Below the pieces are notes generated by a model. That model had not been told where the DNA came from and did no database searches. It worked only from the letters and a program-made list of their open reading frames with translations. Both the position numbers and the translations under genes were made by a program. 64,000 nt of DNA from Coriobacteriia bacterium (GTDB lineage: Bacteria > Actinomycetota > Coriobacteriia > Anaerosomatales > PHET01), in NCBI GenBank assembly GCA_035687245.1, contig DASRYH010000008.1:180138-244137 (forward strand). The letters run 5' to 3'. Shown here piece after piece: positions 35,755 to 46,282 of this stretch. Every line of letters begins with the position of its first letter. Positions within the stretch are counted from its first letter, which is position 1.

Positions 35755-36273
35755 TTGGATCTTTCGAGCTACATCCGTGACATTCCCGACTGGCCGACAG
35801 AAGGCGTCATGTTCAAAGACATCACGCCGCTGCTCCAGAGTCCGGAGGGCTTTCGCGAGGCTATCGATACGCTGGCCGAGCAGTACCAGAACATCGGCGT
35901 GACCAAGGTGATGGGTGCTGAGGCGCGCGGCTTCATCTTCGGCGGGGCGCTGGCCTACACTCTCGGCGCAGGCTTCGTGCCTGCCCGCAAGCCGGGAAAG
36001 CTGCCGTGGACGACTACGAGCGTGACCTACGATCTTGAGTACGGCACCGACTCGCTTGAGATGCATGCAGATGCGGTAGGCCCTGCAGACAAGGTACTGA
36101 TCGTCGACGACGTGCTGGCCACCGGCGGCACGGCCGCCGCTAAGGCGGAGCTGGTGACCGCAACGGGCGCTGAGGTCGTGGGCTTTGCCTTCCTGATAGA
36201 GCTGGACTTCTTGTCGGGACGCGACAAGCTCCCGGCGGGCTCCAAGATAGTCTCGCTCATCCGCGTCCCCTAG
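35755..36273 (+). CDS. apt: Adenine phosphoribosyltransferase
   Basis: IRDIPDWPTEGVMFKDITPLL and VLIVDDVLATGGTA are the characteristic motifs. TTG 35755 is preceded by AAGGAGG at 35742-35748. Confidence 0.85.
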   Translation: MDLSSYIRDIPDWPTEGVMFKDITPLLQSPEGFREAIDTLAEQYQNIGVTKVMGAEARGFIFGGALAYTLGAGFVPARKPGKLPWTTTSVTYDLEYGTDSLEMHADAVGPADKVLIVDDVLATGGTAAAKAELVTATGAEVVGFAFLIELDFLSGRDKLPAGSKIVSLIRVP

Positions 36274-36302
36274 ACTGCCGAAAACACCTGTGTAGAACCT
36301 GT

Positions 36303-36326
36303 GCGGGCCCGCGTCAGCGGGCCCGC
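36303..36326 (+). terminator. GC-rich hairpin after apt
   Basis: GCGGGCCCGC-GTCA-GCGGGCCCGC forms a 10-bp stem. There is no U-tract. Confidence 0.4.
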
Positions 36327-36407
36327 GCGTGCTACCATGGGTAGTGTCACAGAGACGTAAGTGGCACCTCATGTAGTAGCACTGGATCGCAGCTGGAGGA
36401 CCACCAG

Positions 36408-37538
36408 GTGGCAGCCACGCCGATGCGCCCCACGCGCTGGCGCTCACTGCGTGCAATTGTGGCGTTCGCGCTTGTCGCGTCGCTCATCGTTCCTGCCTCC
36501 GCACTCGCTGCTCCCACCAACGCCCAGATCAAGGCCACTCAGGCTGAAGCCGCTCGAGCGCAGAACAAGCTCGACGATCTTCAGGACGAGGTCGAGGAGC
36601 GCGCCGAAGAGCAGGCAGCTGCCGAAGACGAACTGGCCAAGACAAAGAAGCGGCTTGAGGTCACCCAGAGCGATATCACCTCCGCGCAGGCCCATGTCAA
36701 CGCATCGCAAGCACGTCTCAACCGCCGCGTAGAGACGGTCTATCGCGGGGGAGAGATCGACCCGATCGTCCTAGTGCTGGGAGCAACGTCTTTCGAAGAT
36801 CTTGTAACGCGCATGGAGCTGCTCCGCCGAATCGAGGCCAATGACGCCTCACTTCTCGCAGACGTCGAGGCCGCTCGTGCCGAGCTGCAGACGCTCTACG
36901 AATCGCTGGATGCGCGCAAGAACGAGCAGGTAGCCCTTGTCGCGCAGGTCCGATCCAAGTCCCAGGAGACTCAACGTGCGCTGGGCGCCCAGCAGCAGTA
37001 CCTGAAGACGATCGGTGCGAAGCTCAAGAAGCTCATCGCTGCCGAGCGCGAACGCCTGGCCAAGATCGCAAGACAACGGGCCGCCGAGGCCGCCCGTAGA
37101 GCCGCTGCACTGGCCCGCGCTTCCGGTCGCAGTACCTCGGGTTCACTCCCTTCGGCGCATACCGACGTCGTTACCGTCGCGCGGCGCTACATCGGCAAGA
37201 CGCCGTACGTGTGGGGCGGCACGACTCCGGCGGGCTTCGACTGCAGCGGTCTGACGTTGTACTGCTATCGCGAGATCGGCATCACGCTTCCTCGAACCTC
37301 ACGTATGCAGTACCGCGTCGGCTCCTTCATCGGTCCGGACAGGCTGGACCTGCTCAAGCCCGGCGACCTCGTGTTCTTTGGCACGAACGGGGACCCGAAT
37401 CGCGTGCATCATGTGGGCATCTACTCCGGCGGCGGACACTTCATCCATGCGCCACAGACCGGGATGCGAGTGTCCGAGTCATCGCTGAACGCCCGTATCC
37501 TGTCCAGAGGCGATTACGTAGGCGCCATTCGCCCCTGA
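36408..37538 (+). CDS. NlpC/P60 family peptidoglycan endopeptidase with N-terminal coiled coil (RipA-like)
   Basis: A signal peptide and a long coiled coil precede YVWGGTTPAGFDCSGL (catalytic Cys) ... HHVGIYSGGGHFIHAP (His). Confidence 0.85.
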   Translation: MAATPMRPTRWRSLRAIVAFALVASLIVPASALAAPTNAQIKATQAEAARAQNKLDDLQDEVEERAEEQAAAEDELAKTKKRLEVTQSDITSAQAHVNASQARLNRRVETVYRGGEIDPIVLVLGATSFEDLVTRMELLRRIEANDASLLADVEAARAELQTLYESLDARKNEQVALVAQVRSKSQETQRALGAQQQYLKTIGAKLKKLIAAERERLAKIARQRAAEAARRAAALARASGRSTSGSLPSAHTDVVTVARRYIGKTPYVWGGTTPAGFDCSGLTLYCYREIGITLPRTSRMQYRVGSFIGPDRLDLLKPGDLVFFGTNGDPNRVHHVGIYSGGGHFIHAPQTGMRVSESSLNARILSRGDYVGAIRP

Positions 37539-37638
37539 ATGGGCGTCGCGAACTGCGGTTTATGCACTCTGCTGTGTTATGATTCGCGCACCTTGATCGG
37601 CCGGTCGGGGCCGATCGCATCCTGACAAGGGGCTGTGC

Positions 37639-39399
37639 GTGACTCGGATCCTGCTCTCAGGTAACGAGGCGATCGCGCAAGGGGCTTGGGAAGCAGGAGC
37701 ACACGCCGGCTTGGGGTATCCCGGCACTCCGTCGACCGAGACCCTCGAGCGCTTCGCCACTCTGCCCGGCGTCTACGCCGAATGGGCTCCTAACGAGAAG
37801 GTCGCGCTCGAAGTCGCGGCCGGAGTCTCCCTGGCCGGCAAACGCTCGCTGGTCACGATGAAGCATGTCGGACTCAACGTCGCCGCCGACCCACTCTTCA
37901 CCCTTGCCTACACGGGCGTTCGCGGCGGCATCGTGATTCTTGTGGCCGACGACCCCGGAATGCACTCGTCCCAGAACGAGCAGGACAGTCACAACTACGC
38001 CGCGTTCGCTCGCGTTCCCATGCTCGACCCGTCGGACTCTCAGGAGGCTCTTGCTTTCGCCAAGGCGGCGTTCGAGCTTTCTGAGCGCTTCGACCTGCCG
38101 GTGCTCATTCGCAGCACGGTCCGCGTCTCCCACGCGAAGTCGCTGGTAGAGACCGGTGTGCGTGTGGAGCAGGCCACTCCAGCCGACTACCGCACCGACC
38201 CCGCCAAGTGGGTCATGATGCCAGCCATGGCGCGTGCGCGCCGCATCGATCTCGACAAGCGCATGGCCGCCGTTGGCGAGTGGGTCGAGGACTGCGACTT
38301 CAACCGCGAGGAGATGCGCGACACGGCACTGGGTATCGTGTGCAGCGGCGTCTCCTACCAGTACGTCCGCGAAGCCGCGCCCGAAGCCTCCGTCCTCAAG
38401 CTTGGGGTGACCTACCCGCTCGCGACGGAGACGATTCGGCGGTTCGCGCAACGCGTGGACAAGCTCGTTGTGATCGAAGAGGCCGACGCCTACCTGGCTC
38501 GCTCCATGCGAGCGGCGGGGATCGATATCTCCGAGCTCGAGCTGCCGAAGTCCGGTGAACTCTCTCCGGGTGCCATCCGTAGGGCGCTGGGGGAGCCGGA
38601 GCCTGCACTTCGCGAGGAGGAGACCTCCTTGCCTCCACGACCGCCGCTCATGTGTCCCGGCTGTCCGCACAGGCCGGTCTTCGACGCCCTGCGTAAGCTT
38701 CGGGCTGTCGTAAGCGGAGACATCGGCTGCTACACGTTAGGGGCGCTCAAGCCACTTGCGGCGATGGACTCCTGCGTAGACATGGGTGCGTCGATCGGCA
38801 TGGCCCACGGCATCGAGGTTGCCGGGGGCGTAGGGGAGAGGCCGGTAGTGGCCGTTATCGGTGACTCAACGTTTGCTCACTCGGGCATCACGGGAGTCGT
38901 TAACACGGTCTACAACGGTGGCGCCGGTACGATTCTTATCCTGGACAACCGAATCACCGCGATGACCGGGCATCAGGGCAATCCGGTCAACGGCATCACC
39001 CTTCAGAACCGGCCCTCACACGAACTCGACCTTGTGGCCCTTCTGCAGGCGATCGGGGTGCCCCGCATCCGAGTCGAAGACCCGCACAACCTCGATTCTG
39101 TGGCGTCCGCGCTCGCCGAAGAGACCGCTGCCGAAGAGCTGTCGGTGATCGTCTTCAAAGCGCCGTGCGCGCTGCTTGTACGCGAGAAGGGCGACCCTTA
39201 CGCCGTCGACGAAGATGCGTGCACGAAGTGCGCTGTCTGCGTGAAGCTCGGCTGCCCCGCAATCGGGCGCGACGAGCGTAGCCGCGTGGCCTACATCGAC
39301 ACTGGTATCTGCGTCGGCTGTGGCCAGTGCGTTCAGGTCTGCAAGTACGGCGCAATCGTCCACACAGGACCGTCTTGCGACTTGGGAGGTGTCTCGTGA
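37639..39399 (+). CDS. iorA: Indolepyruvate:ferredoxin oxidoreductase alpha subunit
   Basis: LLSGNEAIAQGAWEAG and the TPP-binding region GDSTFAHSG are followed by two ferredoxin-type clusters, CTKCAVCVKLGCP and CVGCGQCVQVC. Confidence 0.9.
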   Translation: MTRILLSGNEAIAQGAWEAGAHAGLGYPGTPSTETLERFATLPGVYAEWAPNEKVALEVAAGVSLAGKRSLVTMKHVGLNVAADPLFTLAYTGVRGGIVILVADDPGMHSSQNEQDSHNYAAFARVPMLDPSDSQEALAFAKAAFELSERFDLPVLIRSTVRVSHAKSLVETGVRVEQATPADYRTDPAKWVMMPAMARARRIDLDKRMAAVGEWVEDCDFNREEMRDTALGIVCSGVSYQYVREAAPEASVLKLGVTYPLATETIRRFAQRVDKLVVIEEADAYLARSMRAAGIDISELELPKSGELSPGAIRRALGEPEPALREEETSLPPRPPLMCPGCPHRPVFDALRKLRAVVSGDIGCYTLGALKPLAAMDSCVDMGASIGMAHGIEVAGGVGERPVVAVIGDSTFAHSGITGVVNTVYNGGAGTILILDNRITAMTGHQGNPVNGITLQNRPSHELDLVALLQAIGVPRIRVEDPHNLDSVASALAEETAAEELSVIVFKAPCALLVREKGDPYAVDEDACTKCAVCVKLGCPAIGRDERSRVAYIDTGICVGCGQCVQVCKYGAIVHTGPSCDLGGVS

Positions 39400-39986
39400 G
39401 CTGCACGACTGTGATGCTTTGCGGCGTCGGCGGCCAGGGCACCATCCTCGCCGCTGACCTGCTTGCCAAAGTGGCCGCCGCCTCGGGCCTCGACGTGAAG
39501 CTCTCCGAGGTTCACGGCATGGCCCAGCGTGGCGGCAGCGTCGATACGATCGTCCGCTTCGGCCAGAAGGTCTACTCACCTGTCGCCGATCCGGGGACCG
39601 TCGACCATCTGGTCGCGTTCGAGCGTATCGAGGGCGCCCGCAGGATCCACTACGTGCGACCCGAGGGTCGCCTGCTCGTCAATCCCGCCACCGTTCTACC
39701 GCTGCCAGTGCTCATAGGAGACGTCGCTCACCCGCACGGACTTCTCGCGGTGCTGGAGGATGAAGGGGCGATCTTCATCGATGCGGATGAACTTGCGTGC
39801 GAGGCAGGAAGCCCGAAGTCCGCTAACGTGGTACTCATGGGCGCCCTGTCCACCGGACTCGAGTTCAGCGAAGAGACATGGAAGGACGTTATCGCCAAGC
39901 GCGTGCCGCCCAAGACGGTGGACGCGAACCTGCGCGCCTTCGATCTGGGGCGGCAGGCCTGTGAGAGGGGGTCGTGCGACCTGTGA
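39396..39986 (+). CDS. iorB: Indolepyruvate:ferredoxin oxidoreductase beta subunit
   Basis: The start is a GTGA overlap with GGGAGG 6 nt upstream. The product shows LCGVGGQGTILAADLLA. Confidence 0.85.
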   Translation: MSCTTVMLCGVGGQGTILAADLLAKVAAASGLDVKLSEVHGMAQRGGSVDTIVRFGQKVYSPVADPGTVDHLVAFERIEGARRIHYVRPEGRLLVNPATVLPLPVLIGDVAHPHGLLAVLEDEGAIFIDADELACEAGSPKSANVVLMGALSTGLEFSEETWKDVIAKRVPPKTVDANLRAFDLGRQACERGSCDL

Positions 39987-40399
39987 ACGTGCGGCAGCTA
40001 TCGGTCTTCATTGAGAACAAGGCCGGCCGGGTCTCTGAGGTCTCAGACACGCTTGGAGACGCCGGCATCAACATCCGGGGCTTCTCGGTCTCAGACACGG
40101 CGGACTACGGCATAGTCCGCCTGATCGTGGACGACCCGGACGCGGGCAAGGCCGCCCTCGAGGCGCGCGGCTTCACGGTCAAGACCTCTGAGGTCTTGTG
40201 CATCGACCTTCCCGACAAGCCCGGTGGGCTCGCTGGCATCCTCAAGATCGTGTCGGATGCGGGGGTCAACATCGAGTACGTCTACTCGCTCATCTCGACC
40301 TACGTGGTCATCAACGTTGCCGACATCGACCGTGCTCAAGTCCTGCTCAAGGACAAGCCGGTCGTGCTTGTTACCCAAGAAGAGATCGCGCGCATCTAA
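39974..40399 (+). CDS. ACT domain-containing protein (copy 2)
   Basis: RQLSVFIENKAGRVSEVSDTL...GIVRLIV makes it a paralogue of 24961-25395. Alternative GTG starts lie at 39983 (GTGA overlap) and 39989. Confidence 0.8.
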   Translation: MRPVNVRQLSVFIENKAGRVSEVSDTLGDAGINIRGFSVSDTADYGIVRLIVDDPDAGKAALEARGFTVKTSEVLCIDLPDKPGGLAGILKIVSDAGVNIEYVYSLISTYVVINVADIDRAQVLLKDKPVVLVTQEEIARI

Positions 40400-40453
40400 A
40401 GCCACTCGTCGGAGTGCACGCGATCGCCAAAGGGAGAGAGAAAGGAGAGTCAA

Positions 40454-41656
40454 ATGCGTGGACGGATACTGCGATTGTCGCTTGCCACCCTCGAAGCTGC
40501 GCTGGCGGCGGCACTCGCCGTGACGTTGGTGGGGTGTGCAGCGACGAAGTCCGACACTGGGACTGCGTCGAAGGAGGACAAGACGCCGATCAAGATCGGT
40601 GCGGTCGTGTCTCTCACGGGTACCTACGCCGGCCTCGGTGAGCCTGAGAAGAACACGATCGAGATGGAAGTCGCACGGGTCAATGAGGCCGGAGGAGTCA
40701 ACGGTCGTCCTATCGAGGTCATCATCGAGGACGACGCAACAGACGACGCGAAGGCGAATGCCGCCGCCAGCAAGCTGATCGAGAAGGACGGCGTCGTCGC
40801 TGTCATCGGTGCTACCGGCACCGGCGGAACCATGGCCATGCGTGACGTCATCACGCGCGCTGGTGTTCCACAAGTCTCCATGGCGGGTGGCACCGTCATC
40901 ACCAATCCCGTAGCTGAACTCGTGTGGGCCACGCCCTGGTCCAACACGATCGTCGCCCCGTTTGAGATTACGGCGATGCAGAAGGACGGGATCAAGAAGG
41001 TCGCGCTCATCTCTGATACCGGCGGATTCGGCAAGGATGGTCGTGCCGTGTTCACCGAGGCTGCCAAGAAGGCCGGCCTAGAGATCGTCAGCGACCAGAC
41101 GTTCAACCCGAACGACGCCGACATGAGCGCCCAGCTCACCAACATCAAGAAGTCGGGCGCGGAGGCGATCGTCATCTGGAACGCGGGCAAGGAAGCGTCT
41201 ACCGTGGTCAAGAACGCCAAGGACCTCGGGATCGAGCTTCCGCTGTACGGCAGCCATGGAAACGCGCGCAAGGAGTTCGTCGAAGGCGCGGGTGACGCTG
41301 CTGAAGGCTTCCGGTTCGCAGCAGGCAAGATCCTCATGCCTGAGGCCTACGGGAAGGACAGCGAGGCGTACAAGGTCGGTACCGACTTCGTCTCCCGCTA
41401 TCAAACCGAGTTCGGTGCTCCTCCGAGCACCTTCGCAGGCCACGCCTACGACGCGCTCTACATCGTCGTGGACGCAGCCAAGCGCGTGAAGGGCGACGTG
41501 ACGCCCGAGTCCCTTTCGGCAGAGATCGCAAAGACCAGCGGCCTCGTCGGAATCGGCGGCACGTTCACGTTCTCTGAAACCGACCACAATGGCCTGACCG
41601 CCAACGACCTGACGCTCTACGAGGTCAAGGACGGCAACTGGTCTATCGTTCAGTAA
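40454..41656 (+). CDS. ABC transporter substrate-binding lipoprotein, branched-chain/hydrophobic amino acid type (copy 1)
   Basis: The lipobox is LVGCAA. IKIGAVVSLTGTYAGLGEPEKN is the LivK/Peripla_BP_6 pattern. Confidence 0.85.
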   Translation: MRGRILRLSLATLEAALAAALAVTLVGCAATKSDTGTASKEDKTPIKIGAVVSLTGTYAGLGEPEKNTIEMEVARVNEAGGVNGRPIEVIIEDDATDDAKANAAASKLIEKDGVVAVIGATGTGGTMAMRDVITRAGVPQVSMAGGTVITNPVAELVWATPWSNTIVAPFEITAMQKDGIKKVALISDTGGFGKDGRAVFTEAAKKAGLEIVSDQTFNPNDADMSAQLTNIKKSGAEAIVIWNAGKEASTVVKNAKDLGIELPLYGSHGNARKEFVEGAGDAAEGFRFAAGKILMPEAYGKDSEAYKVGTDFVSRYQTEFGAPPSTFAGHAYDALYIVVDAAKRVKGDVTPESLSAEIAKTSGLVGIGGTFTFSETDHNGLTANDLTLYEVKDGNWSIVQ

Positions 41657-41720
41657 ACGCACAGTCTGGGGCGCCGGGTCAGAGGGCCGGCGCCCCAGAA
41701 GTGACTGCAGGAGGTACACG

Positions 41721-42899
41721 ATGGGGTGGACCAGACGGATCGTGACCCTCGGCCTTGTCGCGGCACTCGGCTTCACGCTAGTGGGCTGCGGCAGCAAGTC
41801 AGGCGGAGGGGAGAGCAAGACCACTGAGCCCTACAAGATCGGCGCCGTGCTGTCTTTGACCGGCACGTACGCTGCGCTTGGCACTGCGGAGAAGAACGCC
41901 ATCGAGCTCGAGGTCAAGCGCATCAACGACGCGGGTGGCATCAACGGCCGCCAGCTCGACGTGATCATCGAAGACGACGCCACCGACGAGGCTAAGGCCG
42001 TCTCGGCGGCCACGAAGCTCATCGAGCAAGACGGCGTCATCGGCATCATTGGTGCGACAGGCACAGGCCAGACGATGGCCATGCGTTCCGAGCTTCAGCG
42101 CGCGTCCATCCCGCAGGTTTCGATGGCCGGCGGCAACGCCGTGACCTCGAAGTTCGACAAGCTCGTCTTCCAGACGCCGTGGCCGAACAAGATAGTCGTT
42201 CCGTTCGTGCTGCAGGCGATCAAGGACGCTGGCTACACCAAGGTCGCTGTGGTCTCTGACTCCGGCGGCTACGGTAAGGACGGTCACGAGATCATCGTTG
42301 CCGAAGCGAAGAACATGGGACTGACCATCGTCAGCGACCAGACGTTCAACGCCGGCGACACCGACATGAGCGCTCAGCTCACCAACATCAAGAAGGCCGA
42401 CGCCGACGCGCTGCTGATGTGGACCGCCGGCAAGGAGGCCGCGACCGTCGTCAAGAGCGCGACCGACCTCGGGCTGGGACTGCCGTTGTTCGGCGGCTCG
42501 GGCCAGGCGCGCGCTGAGTTCGCCTCAGGCTCCGGCGTGGCCGCCGAAGGCTTCGTCTTCGGCACCGGCAAGAGCCTCATGCCGTCGAACTGGCCGGAGG
42601 GCTCCGAGGAGCGCAAGGCCGTTCAGGACTTCGCCGACCGTTACAAGAAGGCCTACGGCGCAGATGCCGACATCTTTGCCGGCCATGCATTCGACGCGGT
42701 CGGGATCGTTGCCGACGCGCTCAAGCGGGCCGAGGGCGACGTGGACTCCGCGAAGCTTCGCGATCTGATCGAGCAGACGAAGGACCTGCCTGGTTTTGGC
42801 GGGACGTTCACGTTCTCTGCGACAGACCACAATGGCCTTACCGCCGACGATCTCGCGCTCTACAAGATCGAGGGCGGCAAGTGGGTCCTTGCGAAGTGA
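41721..42899 (+). CDS. ABC transporter substrate-binding lipoprotein, branched-chain/hydrophobic amino acid type (copy 2)
   Basis: The lipobox is LVGCGS. YKIGAVLSLTGTYAALGTAEKN is a clear paralogue of the previous gene. Confidence 0.85.
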   Translation: MGWTRRIVTLGLVAALGFTLVGCGSKSGGGESKTTEPYKIGAVLSLTGTYAALGTAEKNAIELEVKRINDAGGINGRQLDVIIEDDATDEAKAVSAATKLIEQDGVIGIIGATGTGQTMAMRSELQRASIPQVSMAGGNAVTSKFDKLVFQTPWPNKIVVPFVLQAIKDAGYTKVAVVSDSGGYGKDGHEIIVAEAKNMGLTIVSDQTFNAGDTDMSAQLTNIKKADADALLMWTAGKEAATVVKSATDLGLGLPLFGGSGQARAEFASGSGVAAEGFVFGTGKSLMPSNWPEGSEERKAVQDFADRYKKAYGADADIFAGHAFDAVGIVADALKRAEGDVDSAKLRDLIEQTKDLPGFGGTFTFSATDHNGLTADDLALYKIEGGKWVLAK

Positions 42900-42935
42900 T
42901 GAGCTTGCATACACATGTACTGACTGAGGCGGCCG

Positions 42936-43808
42936 ATGTCTGAGCTGCTGCAGTTCTTCATCGCCGGCCTGAAGAACGGCGCCATATACGCACTGCTGGC
43001 CCTGGGGTTCACGATCGTGTACGCGAGCACGGGTGCCATCAACTTCGCTCAGGGCGAGTTCTTCATGCTCGGTGGCATGCTGGGAGTCTGGTTCTCTTCG
43101 CTTGGACTGCCGCTGCCGGTCGCTGTAGTCGCCGCAATCGTGGCGACCGCGGCGATCGGCGCGGCCTTCGAGCTGTTGGCGGTCCGCCCGCTCGGTGCCG
43201 GTGACCCGCTGCGGGTCATCATGGTGACGATCGGCGGGTCGGTGATCTTGCGACAGCTCGCCCTGCACCTGTTCGGCCCGGACGAACTGCCGCTTCCTCC
43301 GTTCACTGAGGGCGCATCGATCAAGGTGCTGGGCGCCGCAATCGAGCGCCAGACCGTCTGGATCTGGGCGCTCACGCTGCTGGCGGTGCTGGGTCTGGCG
43401 TTTCTCTACCGCAAGACGGCCTTCGGCAAAGCGATGCGTGCGACGTCGTTGCAGCGTGATGCGGCGCGGCTCGTAGGCGTCGACACCGGCCGAATGGTGA
43501 CCTACTCGTTTGCGCTCGCAGCCGCACTCGGTGCGCTGGCCGGTCTCGCCGTCACGCCGCTCACGCAGACGGTCTTCGATGTCGGAGCGGGCATCAGCGT
43601 GAAGGGCTTTGCTGCCGCCATTCTCGGCGGACTTGGCAACCCGGTGGCCGCCGTGGCTGGCGGCATCGTCCTGGGTCTGCTCGAAAGCATGACGGCCGGC
43701 TACTTGAATCCGCTCTACAAAGACGCTGTTGCGCTCGTCGTGCTCCTAATCGTGCTGTTTGTGAAGCCGTCTGGGATCTTCGGCGGCGGCCGAAGGGAGA
43801 AGGTCTGA
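42936..43808 (+). CDS. livH: Branched-chain amino acid ABC transporter permease (LivH-type)
   Basis: The product shows LKNGAIYALLALGFTIVYASTGAINFAQGE. Confidence 0.85.
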   Translation: MSELLQFFIAGLKNGAIYALLALGFTIVYASTGAINFAQGEFFMLGGMLGVWFSSLGLPLPVAVVAAIVATAAIGAAFELLAVRPLGAGDPLRVIMVTIGGSVILRQLALHLFGPDELPLPPFTEGASIKVLGAAIERQTVWIWALTLLAVLGLAFLYRKTAFGKAMRATSLQRDAARLVGVDTGRMVTYSFALAAALGALAGLAVTPLTQTVFDVGAGISVKGFAAAILGGLGNPVAAVAGGIVLGLLESMTAGYLNPLYKDAVALVVLLIVLFVKPSGIFGGGRREKV

Positions 43809-44779
43809 TGAACAGACTCCTCCGCTTCGTGCCGGCAGCCGTACTGACCATTGTGGTGGCGGTACTTCCGCTGGTGGTTGCCGACCGCTTCCTACTCAAG
43901 GTGTTCACATTCGTGGGCCTCAACGCACTGACCGCGGTCGGGCTCGCGTTGCTCTTCGGCTATGCAGGTCAGGTATCCCTCGGACACGCCGCGTTCGTGG
44001 GCATCGGGGCCTACGCCTGTGCCTTCTGCACCACCAAGCTCGAACTGCCCTGGCTCGCAGGCTTTGCGATCGCCGCGCTGCTTTCTGCACTGGGCGGTCT
44101 GCTTCTGTCGCTGCCGAGCCTTCGGCTCAAAGGACACTACCTCGCTATGGCCTCACTGGGCTTCGGCGAGCTCATGAGCGTCGCCTTCGTTGAGGGCTCG
44201 CCGGTTACCGGCGGCGTGAACGGCCTTGGGGGCATCCCGTTCCCCGCGATCGGAGCGTTCGAGATACGCGAGCCTGCGACGCTCTACTGGCTCGTATGGG
44301 GCGTTGTGGGCCTCGCTGCGCTTATCGCGTTCAACATCACGTCTCTGCGCCCGGGTAGGGCCATGCGTTCGCTTCACGGCAGCGAGCTGGGCGCACAGGC
44401 GTGCGGCGTGGACGTCACGGGCGTCAAGGTGCGCAGTTTCGTGCTCAGCGCGGCGTTTGCGGGCATGTCGGGTGCGCTCTACGCAAGCTTCGTCGGCTTC
44501 ATCTCGCCGAGCGTCTTCACGCTGTCGGTCTCAGTGAACCTGCTGGCTATGGCCGTGGTGGGCGGCACCGGCTCGCTGATTGGTCCCATCCTGTCGGCGG
44601 CGGCACTCACGCTGCTGCAGTACATAGACGCGCTCATTCCCGGCCTGGCGCGCGAGACCGCCCAGGTTGTGCAGTCCTTCCAAGCCGACATCTACGGTCT
44701 GGCTATCGTGCTCGTGGTGCTCTTTGCACCCGGCGGCCTTGCGGGTCTGTGGCGCCGAAGGGGAGGGGAGCGCCCATGA
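43808..44779 (+). CDS. livM: Branched-chain amino acid ABC transporter permease (LivM-type)
   Basis: The product shows LLFGYAGQVSLGHAAFVGIGAY. The junction with livH is TGATG. Confidence 0.85.
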   Translation: MNRLLRFVPAAVLTIVVAVLPLVVADRFLLKVFTFVGLNALTAVGLALLFGYAGQVSLGHAAFVGIGAYACAFCTTKLELPWLAGFAIAALLSALGGLLLSLPSLRLKGHYLAMASLGFGELMSVAFVEGSPVTGGVNGLGGIPFPAIGAFEIREPATLYWLVWGVVGLAALIAFNITSLRPGRAMRSLHGSELGAQACGVDVTGVKVRSFVLSAAFAGMSGALYASFVGFISPSVFTLSVSVNLLAMAVVGGTGSLIGPILSAAALTLLQYIDALIPGLARETAQVVQSFQADIYGLAIVLVVLFAPGGLAGLWRRRGGERP

Positions 44780-45546
44780 CGATGCTCTCTGTCAAAGGCG
44801 TCACGCGGCGTTTCGGCGGCCTTACCGCAGTCGACGGCGTCTCCTTCGACGTGCATGAAGGCACGATCAAGGCCCTTATCGGGCCCAACGGGGCCGGCAA
44901 GTCCACGCTCTTCAACTGTCTCACCGGCTTCGATACACCTAGCGAGGGGAGTGTGAGCTTCGAGGGCACGCCGCTCGTAGGCCGCTCTGCCCGGCAGGTG
45001 GTGCGGCTTGGAGTTGCGCGGACATTCCAGAACACCCAGCTGTTCGACGAGATGACGGCGCTTGAGAACGTCATGGTGGGCGCTCAGGCCCGCCAGGGGA
45101 CGGGATTTGTCGCCGCAGCGCTCCGACTGCCTTCGGCGTTCGCCGAAGAGCGCAGAGCGCTTGAGGACGCGGAGCGCCTGTTGCGCCTCATCGGCATCGA
45201 GGAGTGGGCGCACTCGCTCGGACGCGACCTGCCCGCTGGCATCAGGCGGCTCGTGGAGATCGCGAGAGCCCTGGCGACCGCACCCAAGCTCGTGCTGCTC
45301 GACGAGCCGGCCGCCGGACTCAACGGCACGGAGACGCGCGAGCTGATGCATGCTCTGTTCCGCATCCGCGACGCTGGCGTCACCACCCTCATCGTTGAGC
45401 ACGATATGGGACTCGTCATGGAGGTCTCGGATGAGATTGTGGTCATCGACCGGGGAGCCAAGATTGCCGAAGGCCCGCCGCGGATGATCCAGAAGGACCC
45501 GGTAGTGATAGCCGCCTATCTCGGAGAGGAGGACGTCGATGAGTGA
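44776..45546 (+). CDS. livG: Branched-chain amino acid ABC transporter ATP-binding protein (LivG-type)
   Basis: The start is an ATGA overlap. The product shows GPNGAGKST, the RTFQN Q-loop and LLLDEPAAGL. Confidence 0.9.
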   Translation: MTMLSVKGVTRRFGGLTAVDGVSFDVHEGTIKALIGPNGAGKSTLFNCLTGFDTPSEGSVSFEGTPLVGRSARQVVRLGVARTFQNTQLFDEMTALENVMVGAQARQGTGFVAAALRLPSAFAEERRALEDAERLLRLIGIEEWAHSLGRDLPAGIRRLVEIARALATAPKLVLLDEPAAGLNGTETRELMHALFRIRDAGVTTLIVEHDMGLVMEVSDEIVVIDRGAKIAEGPPRMIQKDPVVIAAYLGEEDVDE

Positions 45547-46282
45547 CACCGTGCTTGCTGTGGAAGGGCTCACATCCGGATACGGTCGCGTCGAGGTCCT
45601 CCATGGCGTGAACGTAGAGGTCCATGCGGGCGAGCTCGTAGCGCTCATCGGAGCCAACGGCGCAGGTAAGTCCACGCTGCTCAAGACGATCGTGGGCCTC
45701 GTGCCTGTTGGTCAGGGCAGCATCGCGCTTCACGGCGAGCGGCTGCATCGGCACACGCCCGAACAGCTCGTTCGCCGGGGCGTGGCGCTCGTGCCGGAGG
45801 GTCGACTGCTATTCGGCCCGATGTCGGTGCGGGAGAACCTCGAGCTGGGGGCCTACACTGCCAAGCCGCGCCTGGCGGCGGTCGCTGCGGGTCTTGAGCT
45901 CGTGCACTCGCTCTTCCCGGTACTCGAGCAGCGAGCCGTCCAGCCCGCAGCCACGCTTTCCGGTGGCGAGCAGCAGATGCTGGCTATCGGGCGCGCTCTG
46001 ATGAGCGACCCAAAGGTGCTACTTCTCGACGAGCCGTCGCTCGGGCTGGCGCCCAAGGTGATCGCCGAGATCTTCACCGTGCTGGACAAGTTGCGCGCAC
46101 GCGGGGTCACGATCGTACTCGTGGAGCAGGACGCGAGGCTCGCCCTTCGTCATGCGGACCGCGGCTACGTGATGCGGACTGGTCAGGTCGTCTTGAGCGG
46201 AACGTCGGCGGAGCTTCTCGCCGACGAGTCCGTGCGGAGCATCTATCTTGGGTCGGGAGACATCGAAGGGGAGTCGTCATGA
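45539..46282 (+). CDS. livF: Branched-chain amino acid ABC transporter ATP-binding protein (LivF-type)
   Basis: The product shows GANGAGKST, LSGGEQQML and LLLDEPSLGLAP. Confidence 0.9.
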   Translation: MSDTVLAVEGLTSGYGRVEVLHGVNVEVHAGELVALIGANGAGKSTLLKTIVGLVPVGQGSIALHGERLHRHTPEQLVRRGVALVPEGRLLFGPMSVRENLELGAYTAKPRLAAVAAGLELVHSLFPVLEQRAVQPAATLSGGEQQMLAIGRALMSDPKVLLLDEPSLGLAPKVIAEIFTVLDKLRARGVTIVLVEQDARLALRHADRGYVMRTGQVVLSGTSAELLADESVRSIYLGSGDIEGESS